The notes below the pieces were generated by a model that did no database searches, was not told the DNA's origin, and was given only the letters and a program-made list of their open reading frames with translations. The translations under genes were made by a program, and so were the position numbers. A stretch of 64,000 nucleotides of DNA from Naegleria gruberi (Eukaryota), in NCBI GenBank assembly GCA_000004985.1, contig GG738896.1, one strand, 5' to 3'. The stretch's first letter is position 1. Each line of letters opens with the position of its first letter. Below are positions 10,419 through 20,014 of the stretch, one piece after another.

Positions 10419-11537
10419 CTACAAAAAGGCCCTTATGGTTTTAAGCGAAATGGAAAAAAGAACTGGCTTACCACCTGACAGTACTACATACGGTTTATTA
10501 CTTGGAGCTCTTGGAGAAAACAACTTATACTTATATGGAATAGAGCTTGTTAAATGTATTCCTTTATTGAATATTCCACAATCTGGTTTGATCCCAGTCT
10601 CTATCATTTCATATAAACTCTCTATAGCTTTCTTCATATTATTCATTTCTATAAAAGATTGAATTAAACATGTCCAAGAAATTACATCCATTTTTCCATG
10701 TTTTTGTAATTTCATGCACTCCTCATTCGCCAAAGAGTGGTTTCCACATTTGGAAAAGAATGAAATTAGACTTGAAGACAGTTGCAAACTCTCAACTTTT
10801 GATTTCTGGATTATTTCGTATAACTTCATTCCTACACAAACATTATTGCATCTAGTTGCTTCTTTTAGAATGGGAATGTAAACTCCAAAATTAGGTTCAA
10901 TTCCATTTTGTTGCATTTTGAGTATAGCACTAATTGTTTCATTTAATTGACCGTTCTTGATCATACTCGAAATCAGAGATATAAACGAATAGACTGTACA
11001 TTGTCCTTTCTCAATTAAAATATCAACAACTAGTTCACATGATGAGGTATCTCCAATTTTGGAGTAATACTGTAAAATTGCATTGTAAGTAAAGTAGTTT
11101 GGAGCAGCCAAATTCTTGTTTACAATTCTTTCGAATAACCTTACTCCTTGTTTTTCATAATTTGGATGACTAAGTAAATGTTGAATGGCAAAATTCCAAG
11201 ACTTTTCTTTAAGTTTTAGTTCATCATCTTGGTTTAGGCAATCAAACAAGTTTGACAAATCAAGTAAACACTCTTCTAGCTCCTTTTTTTGATTTCCCGA
11301 CACTTTGCACTTGTGAGTCATTGCCAAACATATTTCTATCATGTTGGTTGGTAATAAGTCTTTCTGTTGTTTTGATTTTCGGTAGATTGTAAATAAATTA
11401 TCAAACGAAGCCCCATAGCCCACTAATTCTCGGAAGGTGCTGCTGTTGGTAGTGGTAGAATAATATTTCTTTCCTAAATTCTCAAGAAAGGCTTTCATAG
11501 ATGTGCAAGTCTTCCCTTTGAAAAGTTGTGATATCAT
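10419..11537 (-). CDS. PPR-repeat protein; probably the 5' exon of the DYW-PPR gene at 8638..10248
   Basis: 372-aa ORF with tandem PPR-like motifs (VISWTCLIQSFIEMNNMKKAIESLYEMIETGIKPDCGIF; YFTYNAILQYYSKIGD). Same strand and phase-compatible, with a 170-bp gap to the DYW ORF. The C-terminal 40 aa look like read-through. Confidence 0.55.
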   Translation of the reverse strand: MISQLFKGKTCTSMKAFLENLGKKYYSTTTNSSTFRELVGYGASFDNLFTIYRKSKQQKDLLPTNMIEICLAMTHKCKVSGNQKKELEECLLDLSNLFDCLNQDDELKLKEKSWNFAIQHLLSHPNYEKQGVRLFERIVNKNLAAPNYFTYNAILQYYSKIGDTSSCELVVDILIEKGQCTVYSFISLISSMIKNGQLNETISAILKMQQNGIEPNFGVYIPILKEATRCNNVCVGMKLYEIIQKSKVESLQLSSSLISFFSKCGNHSLANEECMKLQKHGKMDVISWTCLIQSFIEMNNMKKAIESLYEMIETGIKPDCGIFNKGIHLTSSIPYKYKLFSPRAPSNKPYVVLSGGKPVLFSISLKTIRAFL

Positions 11538-11844
11538 TTTTTTATAATATTCTTGTATACTAAGAATTAATAAGCTGAAATGATTTTAAGATTTACTTTT
11601 ATTAACTTTTTAAGTAGGGTTATAAGAGAGTATTATAAGAGATCGATCTATTCATAACAATAGAAGCCAATCCCTCTTTGGTCCTTTCCATTAACTTTCT
11701 GGTTATTTCTAAAAACAAGAAATGCTTTATGTTTCTTAATAAAAGGTTCGGAATGATGCAACTAGTACACTGGTTGGAAACATTTACATCTACATCACTT
11801 CATTCCGATATTCGATTCGACACTTCATATCATCATGATTCCGA

Positions 11845-11870
11845 TCCAGAATCAGCAAATTCCGAAATGC
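11845..11870. promoter_or_regulatory. heat-shock-element-like inverted GAA/TTC units upstream of HSP90
   Basis: CCAGAATCAGCAAATTCCGAAATGC contains a GAA...TTCcGAA arrangement about 120 bp upstream of the HSP90 ATG. Weak signal. Confidence 0.2.
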
Positions 11871-11987
11871 TTTTAAAAATGCTACAACACACCCATTTCC
11901 TACCCAAAATCCAATTAAAAAAAATTTCAAACATTCTCTGTACATACACACTCTCAGCTGTTCGCTTAGTAAATAACATACGTAAAA

Positions 11988-14111
11988 ATGGCCCAAGTTG
12001 AAACTTACAAATTCCAAGCCGAAATCAATCAATTGATGAGCTTGATTATTAATACATTCTACAGCAATAAGGAAGTCTTTTTGAGAGAGTTGATTTCCAA
12101 TGCTTCAGATGCTTTGGATAAGATTCGTTATATGAGTTTGACTGAACCTTCAGTTTTGGATACTGAAAAGGAATTGTGCATTCATTTAATTCCTGATAAG
12201 GTAAACAAGACATTGACAATTAGAGATACAGGTTGTGGTATGGCCAAGCACGATTTAATTAATTGCTTGGGAACTGTTGCAAGATCTGGAACTAAACAAT
12301 TTATGGAAATGCTTCAAGCTGGTGCTGATGTTTCCTTAATTGGTCAATTTGGTGTTGGTTTCTATTCTGCTTACCTTGTTGCTGATCGAGTTGTTGTCAC
12401 AACTAAACACAATGATGATGAACAATACATTTGGGAATCATCTGCTGGTGGCAGTTTTACAATTACTTTGGATGAAAGTGGTGAAAAATTGTCACGTGGA
12501 ACCAAGATTGTTCTTCACATGAAAGACGATCAATTAGAATATTTGGAAGAAAGAAAGTTGAAGGATTTGGTAAAGAAGCACTCTGAATTTATTGGTTATC
12601 CAATCTCTTTACAAGTTGAAAAGACTGAAGAGAAGGAAGTTGATGAAGATGACTCCATGTCAGATGATGAAAAGAAGGACGAAGACAAGAAGGAAGATGG
12701 TCCAAAGATTGAAGAAGTCAAGGAAGTAGATGACAAGAAAAAGAAGAAGGTTAAAGAAGTCAAGAAAGAGCTCGAATTGTTGAATAAGAACAAGCCATTG
12801 TGGACTCGTGATCCAAAGACTGTCACTAAGGAAGAATATTCCAGTTTCTACAAGGCATTGACAAATGATTGGGAAGAACATTTGGCTGTCAAGCACTTTT
12901 CAGTTGAAGGCAACTTTGAATTCAAGAGTTTGTTGTTCACACCCAAGAGAGCTCCATTCGATCTATTCGAACCAAAGAAGAAACTCAACAATATCAAACT
13001 CTATGTTAGAAAGGTCTTTATTATGGATAATTGTGAAGAGTTGATTCCAGAATATTTGAATTTTGTGAAGGGTATTGTTGACTCTGAAGATTTGCCATTG
13101 AATATTTCCCGTGAACACTTGCAACAAAACAAGATTATGAAAGTTATTAGAAAGAATTTAGTCAAGAAGTGTATTGAAATGTTCACTGAACTTGCTGAGA
13201 ATAAGGAAGATTTCAAGACTTTCTATGAAGCATTTGGAAAGAATTTGAAATTGGGTATTCATGAAGATTCTCAAAATAGACAAAAGTTGGCCGAGTTATT
13301 GAGATTCCACTCCTCTCAAACTAAAGGTGAAGATTGGACCAGCCTCAAGGAATATATTGAACGTATGAAGGAAGGTCAAGAATTTATCTATTACATTACT
13401 GGTGAAAGCAGAAAGGCAGTTGCTAGCTCACCATTCATTGAAAAGTGCACCAAGAAGGGAGTTGAAGTCTTGTACATGACTGATCCAATTGATGAATACA
13501 TGGTTCAACAATTGAAAGAATTCGAAGGCAAGAAATTAGTGTGTGTAACAAAGGAAGGATTGAAATTGCCAGAAACTGAAGAAGAAAAGAAGAAGAAGGA
13601 AGAATTGAAGGCCTCATTCGAAGCATTGTGCAAGTTGATGAAGGATATTTTGGGAGATAGAGTTGAAAAGGTTGTTGTTTCTGATAGACTTGGTGATTCT
13701 CCATGTTGTTTGGTTACTGGTGAATATGGTTGGAGTGCAAATATGGAAAGAATCATGAAAGCTCAAGCTTTGAAGGACAATTCTATGGCCTCCTACATGG
13801 TTTCAAAGAAAACAATGGAAATTAATCCAGAAAATTCTATTGTCAATGAATTGAGAAAGAAGGCTGAAGCTAATAAGGCTGACAAGACTGTCAGAGATTT
13901 GGTTTGGTTGTTATTCGAAACTGCCTTATTGACTTCTGGTTTCAGTATGGAAGAACCTCATACTTATGCTTCCAGAATTCACAGAATGATCAAACTTGGT
14001 TTGAGTATTGATGAAGAAGATCTTGCCTCTGAAAAGACTGAAACAACAAGCCAAGAAAATAAGGTTGAAGAAAGTCCAGCTGCTGAATCCTTAATGGAAG
14101 ATGTTGATTAA
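11988..14111 (+). CDS. HSP90: cytosolic heat-shock protein 90
   Basis: 707-aa intronless ORF. N-terminal ATPase signature ([22 protein letters not shown]), a charged K/E linker, and a C-terminal MEDVD. Confidence 0.95.
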   Translation: MAQVETYKFQAEINQLMSLIINTFYSNKEVFLRELISNASDALDKIRYMSLTEPSVLDTEKELCIHLIPDKVNKTLTIRDTGCGMAKHDLINCLGTVARSGTKQFMEMLQAGADVSLIGQFGVGFYSAYLVADRVVVTTKHNDDEQYIWESSAGGSFTITLDESGEKLSRGTKIVLHMKDDQLEYLEERKLKDLVKKHSEFIGYPISLQVEKTEEKEVDEDDSMSDDEKKDEDKKEDGPKIEEVKEVDDKKKKKVKEVKKELELLNKNKPLWTRDPKTVTKEEYSSFYKALTNDWEEHLAVKHFSVEGNFEFKSLLFTPKRAPFDLFEPKKKLNNIKLYVRKVFIMDNCEELIPEYLNFVKGIVDSEDLPLNISREHLQQNKIMKVIRKNLVKKCIEMFTELAENKEDFKTFYEAFGKNLKLGIHEDSQNRQKLAELLRFHSSQTKGEDWTSLKEYIERMKEGQEFIYYITGESRKAVASSPFIEKCTKKGVEVLYMTDPIDEYMVQQLKEFEGKKLVCVTKEGLKLPETEEEKKKKEELKASFEALCKLMKDILGDRVEKVVVSDRLGDSPCCLVTGEYGWSANMERIMKAQALKDNSMASYMVSKKTMEINPENSIVNELRKKAEANKADKTVRDLVWLLFETALLTSGFSMEEPHTYASRIHRMIKLGLSIDEEDLASEKTETTSQENKVEESPAAESLMEDVD

Positions 14112-14121
14112 AATAAATAAT

Positions 14122-16464
14122 TTATCTCTTTTCCTTTACAAAGAATCTCAATAAGAGACCAGCTAAAACAATAAAGAAAACAGCAAAGCTTGCAGTGAAA
14201 ATGATATCCGCATAGAATCTTTCGTGGTCCATTCCCAATTCTTTCAGGAAAAAGTCACCATCACCTGGGAAGCTTGGGAAACCTTTTGGATCAATAACGA
14301 TTGGGAATCCGTGCAATTCATTGATGAGAAGGGCTTCATAGGCATAACTAAAGTATGAAAAGTATTTAATCCATGAGAGGTAGACTGGAAGTGAATCAGT
14401 ATTCAACAAGAATCCAGCAAACAACATATTTCCAAGAATTAACAAAATTGAAATCAAGTTAGCAGAAGCAACACTATTAGCAATTGTACCAATACAAATA
14501 CAGAGAGCTCCACTTGCTAAATTGAATAAAATTAAAATGAAAATAAACCAAAAGAAGTGTGAAGTGATTTCTCTCAAACCAATCATCCACTAATAATATT
14601 TTAGATAATTATTTCTATTGTCAAATAATCAATATTGAAAAATACTTACATAAGCAATAGATCCCATAATAATTGGTGGAATGACACGGAGTGGAATTAA
14701 ATCAAAGAAAGTCTTTGAGAAAAAGTATGAAATTGAAAGATAGTATCCATTTGCTCTTTCTCTCACATAAATTGTACGTTCTGTAATAAATAATTCCAAG
14801 CTAGACATGGCAGCAAAGTTCAACAAAGCACACATGAAGAAAATACTACCCATTCTGTTTTGACAAGCTTGGATATTGTTACTTTGCTGGAAGTAAATGG
14901 CACCAAGTAAAAGACCCATGATAATAGCACTCAAATAGTGAGCTGGCATAAGGTAGAAATTTCTGTAAAAGTTACGGAATGATCTCTTAGATAAAATGTA
15001 AAGTTGCGTATAGAACGAGGTGGCATACTCTTGAACCTTCTTGGTGTAAATATTATCTTCTGTCTTTACCAAGAGATTTTGTGATTCTTGATTTTCAGAT
15101 CCATAACCAGATTGTTTGAAAATTGGTTGTTGGTAAGATAAAGATTGATTATTTTGATTAATAGAAGTTCCTTGAGTCTCATTTTCTGACATTTCTGACA
15201 TGACATCTAATAAAAAGTCAGCAGGATTGTATTGAGATGGACAGTCATGACCAAGTTTTGACAAATAATCCAATGATCCTTCAGCACTTCCACTATAGAA
15301 TATTTTACCATCCTTCATTAAGAGTAAATTATCAAATTGTTGGAAAATATTAGAACGAGGTTGATGGATAGAGAATACAATAGTTCTGTTATGTTTAGTG
15401 GCCAGGTCGCAAATAGTCTTGATGGTTGAGACTGCGTGATATGAATCCAATCCCTTAAAAAGTTTGTCATTCATTAATAAAAGTAAAATTACTAACACTT
15501 GTAGGTTCATCCAAGAAGAGAATTTGTGGTGCAATGACTAATTCACAAGCAATACTGACACGACGTTTTTCGCCTCCAGAAATACCTTAAAAAGTTTGTT
15601 ATTCATGAAATAAAAGTAAAATTACTTACCTCTTGTCATGGCATCACCAATCTTTCTATCACGAATATGTGAAATTCCAAGCTCTTCCATAACAGACTCA
15701 ACACGTCTCTTCTTTTCCGTATATGGGACAGTATCAGGTAAACGAAGCTCCGCACTAAACATGATTGATTCAAAAACTGTCAAGGTACCCATTAAATGAT
15801 CATCTGATTGAGATACATAACCAGCAACTCTCTTATATTGGTTATAGTCAATTGGTTTGTTATTAACCAATAATTCTCCAAAAACATCTCCAGATTTAGA
15901 TCTACCAGCAATAATATCCAATAATGATGTTTTACCAGCTCCAGAAGGACCCATAATAGCAGTAACAGTTCCCGGTTTAAAGGTGTGACTCAATCCATGA
16001 AGAAGTGTAATTCTATTCTTGCTCTTGAGATGGAGAGCCCTTTCTCTTTCCTCCTCCTTTTCTTCCTTTGCAATATCTTCCTCATTGACTCCACTAACTT
16101 CCTGGAGAGAATTGATTTTCTTAGCAGTAGTTCTGATAATATAGGTCAAGTTACGAATTTCCAACTTGGCTCCAAATTCATTATTTCCTGTCTTCATCAT
16201 ATCCTCATATTCATGTTTAACCTTTCTAGTTTGAAGTTTAGAATAAATAATACTGAAAATTAATACAATCATGATAGCAACAAAAATTACTGAACCAACA
16301 GCTCCAGCAACAATTTTAGGTAAATCATTTTGTTTTGGTGGTTGAGGTGCAGGAACGTATACATCAACACACTCAGCAGCATGATCACAAGTTGATTGAA
16401 TAACACCAGGGAAGTTTTCATGTTGAACTATTAGAAAAATATTAACAGGTAAATATTTTAACAT
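14122..16464 (-). CDS. ABCG (White-type) half-transporter core, NBD-TMD; at least 4 exons in this span
   Basis: Walker [15 protein letters not shown] signature [13 protein letters not shown] lies in the 15497..15585 exon. Walker B/D-loop FLDEPTSGLDS. C-terminal 6-TM ABCG-type domain. Introns: 15586..15629, 15454..15496 and about 14587..14646 (GTAAGT...TATTAG). Confidence 0.75.
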
Positions 16465-17372
16465 TGGAATTGAAACTTACTTGAACAAGACTTGGTTTCG
16501 TTATTACACTGTACATTTGCATAACCAGTCATGTGTTCTAATATATACAATACAAACTGGTTATAACATTTTGGAGAAATCATTGAACATGCACAGCCAG
16601 TAGTATATCCACATTTGTATAATACTTCTCCTTTTTCTGGAATTGATAAGACACAATCGTGGAATGTACAATAAAAAGTTTCAGCAAGAGAAGTATCAGA
16701 CTTGTCAAATGATCTGAAATAACAATTTCCACCAGCTGTCTTATTTTCCATTCCATTACAGTCAATTGTGAAATAATTTCCCATGAGAGGTATCATTCTT
16801 TCCGAAGTAACTTCACAACTATAAACCTTTTCTTTCTGTGGAATGTATGATTTATCACAAAAAGCAGCCGAATTGTTCAATCGTTGTTGACAAACGTAAT
16901 CATTACTACACATTCTACAATCCAATCCTTCCCATCCAGGTTGACAAGAACAAACTGGAGATTTATCGTCATCACTACTCGTACTAAATAAATTTCTTCT
17001 TGTGTTCGAATCATCATAAACTTTATCTGTCAATGATTTTCCATTTACACAGTCAATCAAAGAACAATTTCTAATTCCCATGGATAAATCATTCTTGAAA
17101 CCAGGCAAACAAACACATGTTGTATTATCTGTCGAACAATATCCAGCATTCATACATCTCGCATCACTATCACAAATTGTCCAATCGTATTGTTGTTGTC
17201 CAACAATTAGACTACCACTACTCATCATTATGATCACTAGGAAAATAAATAATACTAAACCACTACCACCGAATTTGAATGAATTATTGTTTGGGTTCTT
17301 CCGAATCCTATGTAGACCATGAGAGATCCCACCATTGGAAGAAGATAATGGGTTGGATAGCGATATCTGCAT
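16458..17372 (-). CDS. signal peptide plus EGF-like Cys-rich ectodomain; probable 5' exon of the ABCG gene
   Basis: 304-aa ORF with an N-terminal hydrophobic signal (LVLFIFLVIIMMSSGSLIVG) and EGF-like C-x-C patterns (CVCLPGF, CSCQPGWEGLDCRMC). A GTAAGT donor after TCAA at about 16470 and a TAATAG acceptor at about 16420 join in phase to ...[35 protein letters not shown]. Confidence 0.5.
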   Translation of the reverse strand: MQISLSNPLSSSNGGISHGLHRIRKNPNNNSFKFGGSGLVLFIFLVIIMMSSGSLIVGQQQYDWTICDSDARCMNAGYCSTDNTTCVCLPGFKNDLSMGIRNCSLIDCVNGKSLTDKVYDDSNTRRNLFSTSSDDDKSPVCSCQPGWEGLDCRMCSNDYVCQQRLNNSAAFCDKSYIPQKEKVYSCEVTSERMIPLMGNYFTIDCNGMENKTAGGNCYFRSFDKSDTSLAETFYCTFHDCVLSIPEKGEVLYKCGYTTGCACSMISPKCYNQFVLYILEHMTGYANVQCNNETKSCSSKFQFQC

Positions 17373-17656
17373 TTTTTTAATTTTTTTGAAAAGATTTGAA
17401 AAATCCTTTGTTCCTTGTCGAACCGTTTTTATTCTTTTTGCAAAGTTCTAATGGGTAAACAATGTTGATGTATCAAGGAGGTAAGGATTCGATGGTTGGT
17501 TTTTATTAAGGAATTTTTTAAAGGAAATGTTGGAACAGGACACAAAGTGGAATTAAAGTGGAACGGTAAAGAAAATCTCCAGTTGAACCTTCACAAAGAT
17601 ATAAAGTTTACAAAGGTATGATGAAATTTACAATTTTTTTATTAACAGTTTTTTTT

Positions 17657-19057
17657 TTAAAAATTGAAAGAAACATCCGAATAGGATCCATTCATAAGAT
17701 TCTTAAGGAAGTTTTCAACTCTAACATTTGGAATTCTGATAAAGAATGCAGAATCAGAGAATGGTGAAGAACATACTTTCCATCCTTGAGTTGTTAAATA
17801 TTTAAAGTCATCAAAGCATTCCATTCTTTGAATAACTCTGAAGGACTCATCATCTCTGTCGAACCAATTCTCTTCATCTTCACTATCAGCATACTTGCTA
17901 TGCTCAATATGACCTAGGGCACCATAGCTATTAGCTCCAGCTCCATAAACATCTCCATTGTGAGTTGTAAAGTAAGCAACATCTGAACCACATTCTATGG
18001 ATGTAATTAAAACATTCTTCGAGTCGAAATAGGTAATCTTAATTGGTCTACAACTGGTCATATTTTCAGAATCGTCTAAATGTGGAGTTGTTGAAAAATT
18101 GAAATATCCTGTTACGAATACTTCACCTGATGCATTTAAAAACATTGTGAAATTTTCTCCACATTTTACAGAGACAATTTCTTGATCTGTGAATGGTTCT
18201 ATAAGAACAGGTCCAGCATGTAGTTCAGTTGAACCCAATCCTAGTTGACCAAGTAAATTATTACCACATCCATACAATGATCCATCTGTCTTCTTAAAAA
18301 TAGTATGTGAAGATCCGCAATATATATCCTCAATATTATTCATAGTTGGAAGCATTAGTGGCACAGTTATCACATCTTTGGCATTATAGGTTCCTAGTTT
18401 ACCATAATTATTTAATCCTGAAGCAAATACATAATTTGCAGAAGTAATAAAGAATGTACACGATTCACCACAAACAATTTTTCTAATAACTTCACCATTA
18501 TTAATAGTGATCCTTGAAAGTTGATCGTACATTCTCTCCTTAGGTAGACCCAACTCAAAACATTTGTTTGACCCGAGTCCATAAATTTTACCCTTATTTG
18601 TTAATACAAATAAATGCTCACTTCCAAGAGTTATCTTATCTATAAAATCCTCTGAATCTTTCCAAACAAATGGTAACTTGGTTGGAGCAGTTGTTTCAGG
18701 AAATAATTCATCTGGTTGTTGTTTCTTCTTTTTCTTTTTCAAATTTTGAGTTGATCCACAAACAAACAAGTGTTTTCTACTACTTGTCAAGAAAACTGAA
18801 TATCCACGTGTATCATTACTAACACAATAAACGTGTTCTACCTTTTCATAACCCTCTTCTAATCCATTCATTCTCAGTGTTGGATTTAAATATTTTGGAT
18901 AGTATATTGATTGTGCATTTTGATTGCTAAACCCTAATTGATGACAATGATTTCTTCCCATAGAAAGAACCAATGTTTTGGAAAATTCTTTTTTTCTTTG
19001 TTCCGATCGTGTGGTTGCTGTATTACTGGCAGAAGCAGCAGAATGTGTTTGAGACAT
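17657..19057 (-). CDS. RCC1-repeat (regulator of chromosome condensation-like) beta-propeller protein
   Basis: 466-aa ORF with at least 5 RCC1-type blades (GRNHCHQLGF, GSNKCFELGL, GLNNYGKLGT, GNNLLGQLGLG, GANSYGALGH). No signal peptide. Confidence 0.75.
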   Translation of the reverse strand: MSQTHSAASASNTATTRSEQRKKEFSKTLVLSMGRNHCHQLGFSNQNAQSIYYPKYLNPTLRMNGLEEGYEKVEHVYCVSNDTRGYSVFLTSSRKHLFVCGSTQNLKKKKKKQQPDELFPETTAPTKLPFVWKDSEDFIDKITLGSEHLFVLTNKGKIYGLGSNKCFELGLPKERMYDQLSRITINNGEVIRKIVCGESCTFFITSANYVFASGLNNYGKLGTYNAKDVITVPLMLPTMNNIEDIYCGSSHTIFKKTDGSLYGCGNNLLGQLGLGSTELHAGPVLIEPFTDQEIVSVKCGENFTMFLNASGEVFVTGYFNFSTTPHLDDSENMTSCRPIKITYFDSKNVLITSIECGSDVAYFTTHNGDVYGAGANSYGALGHIEHSKYADSEDEENWFDRDDESFRVIQRMECFDDFKYLTTQGWKVCSSPFSDSAFFIRIPNVRVENFLKNLMNGSYSDVSFNF

Positions 19058-19603
19058 TTTTTCAAATCAAGAAGGAAAATCCGAGAAACTGATGCAGATT
19101 AAAAATCGGAATGTACAACTCCACAATCAAATTGAATCTATTTTTATCTATTACTGATAATTATTTTTAGATTTTTAGAAACACAAGGAGGAAACTGTTG
19201 TTTACAACTCCTGTGAAATATCTGATCAAAATTCCATACAGTATTCATTGTAACACCTCGTACATTGAAAGATATGTTAAAATAAATTTAATATTCTTAC
19301 TTTTGAAATAGTGTTTGTTAGTAATGTGTTATCATGTAACTATTTCATTTCTAAAAGGATATGGGTAAATGAAGTTGATGGAACAGCAACAAATCATTTC
19401 AAGTCACTTTACAATTGCCTTTCCCAGACCTTCCGGTTGAAAGATTTTTGGTATTATTATTGCAAAACGATTGGTCAGCAAACCCTTCTTCCAATTTATT
19501 GTGGAGTTTCTACTTTCCGTTTCTTTCTTGCACCTTCTAAATTGAAAGTAATGAAAACTTCAGCACCAACATTGACATTTGTCTTTCTATTAGTAAAAAA
19601 ACC

Positions 19604-19819
19604 ATGTCATCGTTATTTGAGGGCTTTCTCCTCAACAACACAACAAGGAGGAAACTGTTGTCATCAACAACATCTCTTCTCTTCTTCCTACTCTTGTGCA
19701 TTACATTCTTCTTTTCAACAACGTGCCTTGTTGATGGTGAAAGAATAGATTTTTTTCCATCTACTATAGTAAGCTATGGTGACCAATCTTTTTGCTCTTC
19801 CATGTCCAGTAATTCCTAT
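19604..19819 (+). CDS. putative exon 1 (signal-peptide exon) of the giant receptor gene
   Basis: ATG at 19604. Encodes MSSLFEGFLLNNTTRRKLLSSTTSLLFFLLLCITFFFSTTCLVDGE.... Ends at a perfect GTAAGT donor at 19820. A phase-0 acceptor (TATAG at 20010..20014) re-enters the long ORF frame, which is open from 20015. Confidence 0.45.
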
Positions 19820-20014
19820 GTAAGTTTTAAAGAAGGATTTTCTTGTTATTAATCGGACTTTATGGTTTTTCCCTCCAAAATTTATGATTGTCTTGACAAT
19901 GAATTTGAAAAAATGTGTTGATATTAATTTTATTTGGCTTGCTATCATTGGATTTTCTCTGATCATGTGAACAATATGATGATAAATAATAATATTACTT
20001 TCGGAATGGTATAG

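Noticed and set aside
12340-13756. Small ORFs within or antisense to HSP90 (12340..12522, 12596..12896, 13001..13216, 13435..13756)
   Set aside because: All lie inside the HSP90 CDS. They are repetitive S/F/L-rich translations of the K/E-rich linker antisense strand.
19311-19966. ORFs 19311..19748(+) and 19715..19966(-) in the 5' region of the giant gene
   Set aside because: Only the 19604..19819 frame ends at a consensus GTAAGT donor that splices in phase to the long ORF. The others have no support and overlap it.
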